From an uncultured Clostridia bacterium (GTDB taxonomy: Bacteria > Bacillota > Clostridia > Oscillospirales > Acutalibacteraceae), in contig CALWIW010000006.1 of assembly GCA_944380855.1 (NCBI GenBank), positions 1,183 through 65,182 of the forward strand: a DNA stretch of 64,000 nucleotides, written 5' to 3'. Position 1 is the stretch's first letter, and every line of letters starts with the position of its first letter. The notes beneath the pieces are model-generated. The model was not told the origin of the DNA and searched no databases. It worked only from the letters and a program-made list of their open reading frames with translations. A program made the translations under genes and the position numbers. Positions 57,491 through 64,000 of this stretch are shown here, one piece after another.

Positions 57491-59401
57491 CTACTGTGCC
57501 TGACTTGATGAGCTTTCCGAAGATGACGGAGGCTCGGTAGGCTCGGTTGCCGGTGGTTCAGTTGTAGGAGGCTCGGTAGGTTCGGTTGTTGGTGGTTCTG
57601 TTGTAGGAGGCTCGGTAGGTTTTTGTGTTGTAGGCTCGGGCTCCGGCTCTGGTTCAGGCTCGGGCTCCGGAGTTGGGTCAGGTTCGTCATAGCCTGCTGC
57701 CCAATAACCTGTATCGTTAGGGTCCTTGGAAATAGGATAAGTTCCCTCCTGAACGCCCGGCTGTCCGCCCAAAGTACCGGGGTCTGCATACCAAACGCTG
57801 TGTGAACCGTCAAGCTTATATGATGAGCTTGGCAATGTTTCTCTGTCTATTTCCTTGCCGTCCTTAATGTAAATTCTGAATGCCTCAGTACCGTAGTAGC
57901 TTCCTGAGATTTCATAGTTATAGGAATATGTTACAATTCCGTCAAAGGACGGGTCTTTCCAGCCGTAGAAAGTAGCTGTAAGTGTTGTGCCTTCCATATA
58001 ACATTCAAGATACATTGAATACTCCGTATTGTTTTGGAGTTTAAGGTCAAGGTTGCCCCAGTCGATAGTTGCGTCAAATCCTGTATAAACATACGGGGAA
58101 GCCCAATAGTGGTTGTATCTTTCAACTATACCTAAGTTTGCATAAAGAGCCGCATTGTAGATGGTACTGCTTGCCTGGCAAAGTCCACCGCCTACACCGC
58201 TTGTATACTCGCCGTTTGCAATAACTGTTGCAGGAACATATCCGTTTGACTCAAGATTACTGTTTCCTGTGGAATCGTTAAAGGACCAAATCTCTCCCGG
58301 CTCAATTATTGAACCGTTGCAGGCTGCAAGGGCAGTCGCCATGTTGTGGTTTGCGTTTGCTGTATTTGTGGAGGTAGTGGTAAAGGTTGAAATAGGCACC
58401 ATATTTTCGGTAGCCTTTTCCTTTGTTATTTTCGGTTCAACGGCATTAGTTTTTGCCAAAACCTCGCCTTTCTCCTGCTGAGTCCACAAAAGCTCATTTA
58501 CGCTTTTTATAACCTCGTCATAGTCAATTTCCTGACCGTCTGTGCCGCCGTCAAAGGTAAACTTTTCCTCATTATCAGCACCGGGGTTAAATCCTGTAAC
58601 CTTAGCGTCCACCGGTTCTGTATTCAAAACCTTTGCCGCATTGTCAAGCTGAGCGGTCAAATTGTTATTTTTCTTTAAAGAAAGAGGAATTACATACTCA
58701 ATCTGCTGTGTATTGCCGCTTTTATCAGTAGGAAGAACCTTATTTTCCTCTGTATACTTTGCGGCTGTAGCCAAAACGCCTTCGATATTTGCTTCAAACT
58801 CAAGTCCCTCAGACTTTAAGGTATAAGTTTTATCGTTTGCCTTGATTGTATATGTAAATTTAAAGTCATTACCCTTAACATAATTCTCAAGCTTCTTTCT
58901 TGCGTCGGAAACTTTCATATTGCCTATGCTCTCGCCGTTTACAAATATTCCCGAGGCAAGTACATAATTATCGCTTACGCCGTTAAGCTTTATATCCTCA
59001 ACCTCCGCAGAAATTGCGTTGGTCATCACTTCATTTCCTCCGCTTACAAACAGAGAGTCCATTGTTCCGCTGAAAAACAGAAAACAAAAGACTGCCACAA
59101 GGACAACGCAGACTCCTGAAATTGCCGCAATCAAAATATTTTTCTTTGCACTTTCCTTTGGCATTTCGGAATCGTCCATATTTTGAATATAATTCTCCTG
59201 ATCGGCAAACATTTCATCTGCCTCATCAAAGTCTTCCTCAGTAGTTATAAAATCATCGTAATCATTAGGAATCGGCTGTTCCTCGTTTTGTATATTTGCC
59301 GCTGCGGTTTCTTCGGAAATATTTATAATTTCTTCCCTGTTAACATTCACATTTTCATTATTGTTCTGCTGATTGTCATTAAAACCGTTTTTGTTATTCA
59401 A
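57491..59401 (-). CDS. VanW family membrane-anchored protein with Pro/Glu/Thr-rich tail
   Basis: IEPGEIWSFN, GVGGGLCQASSTIYNA, GFDATI; PEPEPE and PTEPP repeats. Start probably TTG 59401. Confidence 0.88.
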   Translation of the reverse strand: MNNKNGFNDNQQNNNENVNVNREEIINISEETAAANIQNEEQPIPNDYDDFITTEEDFDEADEMFADQENYIQNMDDSEMPKESAKKNILIAAISGVCVVLVAVFCFLFFSGTMDSLFVSGGNEVMTNAISAEVEDIKLNGVSDNYVLASGIFVNGESIGNMKVSDARKKLENYVKGNDFKFTYTIKANDKTYTLKSEGLEFEANIEGVLATAAKYTEENKVLPTDKSGNTQQIEYVIPLSLKKNNNLTAQLDNAAKVLNTEPVDAKVTGFNPGADNEEKFTFDGGTDGQEIDYDEVIKSVNELLWTQQEKGEVLAKTNAVEPKITKEKATENMVPISTFTTTSTNTANANHNMATALAACNGSIIEPGEIWSFNDSTGNSNLESNGYVPATVIANGEYTSGVGGGLCQASSTIYNAALYANLGIVERYNHYWASPYVYTGFDATIDWGNLDLKLQNNTEYSMYLECYMEGTTLTATFYGWKDPSFDGIVTYSYNYEISGSYYGTEAFRIYIKDGKEIDRETLPSSSYKLDGSHSVWYADPGTLGGQPGVQEGTYPISKDPNDTGYWAAGYDEPDPTPEPEPEPEPEPEPTTQKPTEPPTTEPPTTEPTEPPTTEPPATEPTEPPSSSESSSSQAQ

Positions 59402-59701
59402 ATCATTACCCCCTTGAATATTTACGGATTTTTCATATGTTTTCTCCCAATTACATTTATAATACAATATTTACAGAGAAAAATAAAGTAAAAACACAAA
59501 AAATTCAGATGTAATAAGTGACAAACTTAACATGGGAGTTTTAAAATATTTTGGTATTAAATTTTATAATAACAATTTTCTGCTTTTTCAAAAAATATAT
59601 TAATTGCGTAATTATGGGGTTATATAATACTTTTTGTCAAAAAATGTAACATCTTACCTCATTTAGATAAGATTGTCAGGAAAAAGGAAAAAGAATATCT
59701 A

Positions 59702-59730
59702 TTGCAAAAATCATGTTTATTGATTATAAT
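59702..59730 (+). promoter_or_regulatory. sigma-A promoter
   Basis: TTGCAA-17-TATAAT. Confidence 0.55.
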
Positions 59731-59838
59731 ATAGGTATATTTGAGTAAGCATATTTGACAATTTTTCGGATTGCAAAAATAGAGTAATGAGGCGAACACT
59801 AAGGCTTTGAACAGCTATAAAATTTTACGGAGGGAATT

Positions 59839-61134
59839 ATGAGAGTTTTAATTCTCAGTGCTTCAACCGGAGGCGGCCATAAAACCGCGTCGGCAGCACT
59901 TAAAAATATCATTCTGGAAAAACAGCCGGACGCAACCGTTGAGATAGTAGACGCTATTGAGTACTGCGGTCATATTTATAACAAGACCATATCCGACGGT
60001 TATCAGTACATTGCAACAAAAGCACCAACAATTTACGGAAAAATGTATGTGTCTTCCGGCGAGGACACATGGGTAAATGCTTTTGTTACCAAGTTTAACA
60101 AACAGCTCAGCAAAAAGCTTTTGCCTTTATTTATTGATTTTAAGCCTGACATTATTGTTTGCTGTCACGCCTTTATAAGCGAAATGGTTTCCGCTTTGGT
60201 GGTAAACGGTCAGGTAACTGTTCCGGTAATAAGTATCATAACCGATTTTGCCGCCCACAAAACCTACATAAATAAGGGAATATCCGCCTATGTAGTTGCA
60301 AACGACGATATGATAGACGAGCTTATGACCGTTTACGGAGTTGAAAGGGAAAAAATCCATTCTCTGGGCATACCGATAAATTCCGTGTTCTATAAAAAGA
60401 AAGACAGAAAAGAAATCTTGGACGGAATTAAATTTAAAGACGGAATACCTACCATTTTAATTATGGCGGGAAGCTTCGGTGTTACGGATATTCTTAAAAT
60501 TTACGAAAATCTTATAGAGCTTAACGATGAATTCCAAATTGTTGTAATCACCGGCAGAAACCGCAAGCTTTACGACGCCTTTGACAAGCTTGTAAACAAA
60601 AAGGAAGAAACCTTTGAAATTGACGACGAAGATAAATATCCGCCGGACAGCAAGCGTAAGAAGATGAAGGAATTTACAAACCAGTTAAAGGACGATTTAT
60701 CTCTCAAAAAAATCAAATTTAAGAGAAGCACACATAAAACAAAGCCTACCGCTCTTTTCTATTTTATCAGCAACGTGGCAGACTATATGTCTGTAGCCGA
60801 CCTTATAATAACAAAGCCCGGCGGTCTTACTGTTTCCGAAAGCCTGGCTTCGGGACTTCCCCTTGCTATTTTCAGTGCTTATCCGGGACAGGAAAAAGAC
60901 AACGCCGAATTCCTTGTCCGCCACAATCTTGCCATTAATCTTGACAGGAAAAACGGTGCCGAGCAGATACATGACCTGCTTGCCCACCCGGAAAAGCTTG
61001 AACAGATGAAAGAAAACTGCAAAAAGCATTTTAAGGACCGCTCTGCAGAGCATATTTACGGTCTTATGCTTGACCTGATAGAAAAAAATAACAGGGAGGC
61101 ACCGGTAAAAGCAGATGAAGAAAAGAAAATTTAA
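59839..61134 (+). CDS. MGDG synthase / UgtP-like GT28 glycosyltransferase
   Basis: SASTGGGH, IITDF, GIPI, ITKPGGLTVSE, PGQEKDNA. Confidence 0.9.
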   Translation: MRVLILSASTGGGHKTASAALKNIILEKQPDATVEIVDAIEYCGHIYNKTISDGYQYIATKAPTIYGKMYVSSGEDTWVNAFVTKFNKQLSKKLLPLFIDFKPDIIVCCHAFISEMVSALVVNGQVTVPVISIITDFAAHKTYINKGISAYVVANDDMIDELMTVYGVEREKIHSLGIPINSVFYKKKDRKEILDGIKFKDGIPTILIMAGSFGVTDILKIYENLIELNDEFQIVVITGRNRKLYDAFDKLVNKKEETFEIDDEDKYPPDSKRKKMKEFTNQLKDDLSLKKIKFKRSTHKTKPTALFYFISNVADYMSVADLIITKPGGLTVSESLASGLPLAIFSAYPGQEKDNAEFLVRHNLAINLDRKNGAEQIHDLLAHPEKLEQMKENCKKHFKDRSAEHIYGLMLDLIEKNNREAPVKADEEKKI

Positions 61135-62290
61135 AATTTCGGGCAGACTTATCCTAAACCTTGCGGTTGCCGCCCTGTGTATTTGGATGATATTTTATTT
61201 TCTTTACAGCGAACAGGGACTTTACGACCTTCTTGCCTCTCCTCAGGGTATAAATAGCGGGTGGATTTTCGCCGCTCTGTTAAGCTACTGCACAAGTGTT
61301 TTTGCCGATGTTTTGGTAATTTACCTGTACATACACGACGAATACAAGCAGTTTAAGATACGCCATTCGGCACGTTCCGTTTTGCTTGGATTGTTCTGGT
61401 CGGCAATCACTCCGTCCTCCACGGGAGGCCAGCCAATGCAGGTTTACTATATGTCCAAGCATAAGGTTGATGTAGGTTATTCCTCCTCCCGTTTGCTTAA
61501 CAGATTTTTGGTTTATCAGATAACCATGACTGTTATGACGGTTATAGCTGTAATATTAAAATTCAGCTATTTTCAGGAGCATATGGATACTCCAATACTC
61601 AGTACGCTGGTGACTATCGGATTTATCTCTCAAACCTTTATTACCCTTGTTTTTGTTTTTCTTGCTTTTTCAAAAAAGCTGACGGCTAAAGCCACAAGAG
61701 GCATTGCCGCCCTGCTTTGCAAGGTGAAGCTTGTTAAAGACAAGGAAAGGCTTAAAAAATCCCTGGAAACACAACTTGCAAAATTCCACACCGGAAACCG
61801 CATGATTTTTTCAAAGCCAAAGCTGGTGCTTGCCGCCACTCTTTTGACGGTGGTTCAGCTTATTGCCATGTTTATGGTTCCTTATTTTATATACAGAAGC
61901 TTCGGACTCAGTGAGGCTTCCCCCTTTGACATGGTGTGCAGTCAGGCTTTCGTAACACTTATCTCCGGTATGATACCGATTCCCGGAGCTTCGGGAGCGG
62001 CGGAGTTCAGCTTTACGGCACTTTTTGCCCTGTTCTTTACTCCGGCTACAATTAAAAGTGCAACTCTTATTTGGAGAATTATCACCTACTATCTGTCCAT
62101 ACTTGTTGGTGCTCCTTTTGCCTACATGACAAAAACCACCAAAAGGAACAAGCTTTTGGACGACCTTATAGCCGACGAGGAAGCCTTTGATTCACCTGAA
62201 TCAGATGATGAGGAAGAGCTTTCCACATCGGAAGATGAAAAAGATGACAGCGTTGTTTCCGAAAAAATTCAGGAAGAAAGTCCGCTGTAA
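61115..62290 (+). CDS. Lysylphosphatidylglycerol synthase TM-domain / flippase-like protein
   Basis: ITPSSTGGQP, PIPGASGAAE, LIWRIITYY. Confidence 0.88.
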   Translation: MKKRKFKISGRLILNLAVAALCIWMIFYFLYSEQGLYDLLASPQGINSGWIFAALLSYCTSVFADVLVIYLYIHDEYKQFKIRHSARSVLLGLFWSAITPSSTGGQPMQVYYMSKHKVDVGYSSSRLLNRFLVYQITMTVMTVIAVILKFSYFQEHMDTPILSTLVTIGFISQTFITLVFVFLAFSKKLTAKATRGIAALLCKVKLVKDKERLKKSLETQLAKFHTGNRMIFSKPKLVLAATLLTVVQLIAMFMVPYFIYRSFGLSEASPFDMVCSQAFVTLISGMIPIPGASGAAEFSFTALFALFFTPATIKSATLIWRIITYYLSILVGAPFAYMTKTTKRNKLLDDLIADEEAFDSPESDDEEELSTSEDEKDDSVVSEKIQEESPL

Positions 62291-62299
62291 AACAAAAAA

Positions 62300-64000
62300 T
62301 CAGCTTTTAATAATTTTAATAGCAACCGCCGAGATGTCGTCGTCGTGACCGTCGTTTCGGCGGTTTTCCGCACCGCTTATAACCTCTTTTGCAAGCTTCG
62401 AGGCGTGCCCCTCGTTCCAGCCTGCCAAAAGGTCCTCAATCCAGCTGTCATTTCCGAACAAAGCACCGTCGGACACCATAAGCACCCAGTCCCCTTCGGA
62501 AAGCTTCATTCTTTCCTTTGAAAATTTTACATTATTTAGAATTCCCACAGGAAGAGAGGGCATATCAAGCCTTATAACTCTTCCTTTTCTTTTTACATAT
62601 GTGAGCGGAGCACCGGCTTTCATAAAATCAACCTCTCCGCTGAAAAGATTTACGGAAGTAACGTCAAGGGTCGCCAGAGATTCATCTTCCGATTTAATCA
62701 TTACCGAGGAATTTACAATCTGCAAGGCACTGTCACAGGAAAGGCCCGAACGGCAAAGCTTTGTCATAACGCTTACCGCCATGTTTGAATCAACTGCGGC
62801 TCTTCCTCCCGTTCCCATGCCGTCGCTTAAAACCGCAATCATCTTTCCTGTTCCGTCCGTAAAGTAGCTTACACAGTCTCCGCAAAGGGTAGAATTTCCG
62901 CATATATGCTGACTTGTGCCAATCTGCACGTCAAATTCCGGAAGCTCGTTAAACACCGCTCTTATTCTGTCCTCGCAGGCACTGACGCAGGGAGTATCAA
63001 ACCTACGCATACAGCTTCTTGAAACCTCTCTTAAAAGCCTTGCCCTGCTCAGTTCTTTCGGGTTTATTCCTGTCATTTCGATTTCCACCGTCATTTTTGA
63101 GTTTCCGTCTATTCTGCAGCTGCACTGCATAGGAACAATTCCCATACCCTCCACAGCCGCACAAACACGTGAGGCACTTTCGCAGTCGTAGTCGCATATA
63201 TTGTCAAACTCCACGGAAAGGTCGTTTAAAATATTGCCAAGCCCTGAAAACTGGCCTGCCACCACGGACCTTATTTGAGTTATTCTCTTATCTGCCGCAA
63301 GGCTTGCGAGATAATCTCTGTAGTTTCTGTTTATGCTTTCCGCAAGCTCTTTATTTTTACAGCATTTTTTTACAAAAAGCTTTTCTATATCATCGGCGGT
63401 AACCTGACCTTTTTCTTTCAGCACAGGCGTCAGCCTGTTGAAGTCATCCTTAGTTACGTCCCCCTCTTTTTCAGTGCAGAATACTCTTAATCCGCAGCCC
63501 TGACAGGCTTGGGAGGAAGCTTTTTGGAATACTCCCTCAATTGACGGCGTATATATTCTTTGAAGTCTTTCGGAAACGCCTGTTACGCAGCTGCTGACTC
63601 CCTCCAAAGCTTTTGAGGCAAAGGAAAGCCGTGAAACCACGTTGTCCCTGAGTGCGTCCGCCATATGGCTGTCGATATCGTTGGAAAAAATTGAGGAAAT
63701 AAAGCTTCCCGTACTTTTCGGAATTATCATAAACAGTCCAAAGGCACAGATAAATTCAAATATCATCATAAGCTCGGGTAGTCCTTCCCCGGCGGAAAGG
63801 GCTATAACCACCGCTGAAAGGGCAAAAGCCACTGCGGAACAGATTTTTCCCACCGGTGCAAAAAGTCCCGCCATAAGTCCCCCGAAAGCATATGCTCCGC
63901 TTATGTAAAAATCTCCTGTTTGTGAAAGGCTGAAAACCACGCCGAAAGCAGTTCCGCAGATACAGCCTCCGGAAACCGAGCCGTAGCGGGCAAAAACAAG
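62300..64000 (-). CDS. spoIIE: Stage II sporulation protein E (PP2C phosphatase), 5' end outside window
   Basis: TM helices, CxxC region, CGD, LSDGMGTG, ATLD, MVSDG, HDDDIS. Confidence 0.9.
   Translation of the reverse strand, partial: LVFARYGSVSGGCICGTAFGVVFSLSQTGDFYISGAYAFGGLMAGLFAPVGKICSAVAFALSAVVIALSAGEGLPELMMIFEFICAFGLFMIIPKSTGSFISSIFSNDIDSHMADALRDNVVSRLSFASKALEGVSSCVTGVSERLQRIYTPSIEGVFQKASSQACQGCGLRVFCTEKEGDVTKDDFNRLTPVLKEKGQVTADDIEKLFVKKCCKNKELAESINRNYRDYLASLAADKRITQIRSVVAGQFSGLGNILNDLSVEFDNICDYDCESASRVCAAVEGMGIVPMQCSCRIDGNSKMTVEIEMTGINPKELSRARLLREVSRSCMRRFDTPCVSACEDRIRAVFNELPEFDVQIGTSQHICGNSTLCGDCVSYFTDGTGKMIAVLSDGMGTGGRAAVDSNMAVSVMTKLCRSGLSCDSALQIVNSSVMIKSEDESLATLDVTSVNLFSGEVDFMKAGAPLTYVKRKGRVIRLDMPSLPVGILNNVKFSKERMKLSEGDWVLMVSDGALFGNDSWIEDLLAGWNEGHASKLAKEVISGAENRRNDGHDDDISAVAIKIIKS

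Noticed and set aside
57529-57675. DNA tandem repeats in the VanW gene and at about 49030-49540
   Set aside because: Explained by low-complexity Pro/Thr/Glu linker coding (PE, PTEPP, TEAPT).
4931-59401. Vancomycin-resistance cluster (ddl, murF, VanZ, VanW)
   Set aside because: The genes are scattered, there is no vanH/X/R/S, and Ddl has the YDYxxKY loop typical of D-Ala-D-Ala ligases.

Overview
Mostly core chromosome of a spore-forming Clostridia-class (probably Oscillospirales-like, gut-type) bacterium. Recognisable genes include an FHA-FtsW/RodA fusion (partial), a Na/Pi cotransporter, fba, ddl, murF (split by one in-frame TGA), nth, valS, coaX-ECF S component-birA, a fused purL, an rnfCDGEAB operon, an ABC exporter, a lone spoVAD, VanZ/VanW-family genes, a glycolipid synthase plus flippase-like pair, and spoIIE (partial). 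Three secreted proteins carry C-terminal dockerin-like modules: a divergent GH89 multidomain enzyme, a transglutaminase-LRR protein and an NlpC/P60-SH3 hydrolase. I saw no transposase, tRNA, rRNA or CRISPR-Cas. The main unexplained signal is non-coding. (1) About 17 copies of a fixed-span (~47 nt) palindromic cassette have covarying 8-bp arms around a 31-32 nt variable core. They form arrays, make up two inverted ~470-bp composite elements, and fill the valS leader. (2) Three copies of an ISL3-end-like MITE are present, one with a perfect 8-bp target duplication. (3) A candidate ~140-nt C-rich sRNA has its own promoter and terminator. All calls were made by eye from the sequence and ORF track; no database search or folding program was run.
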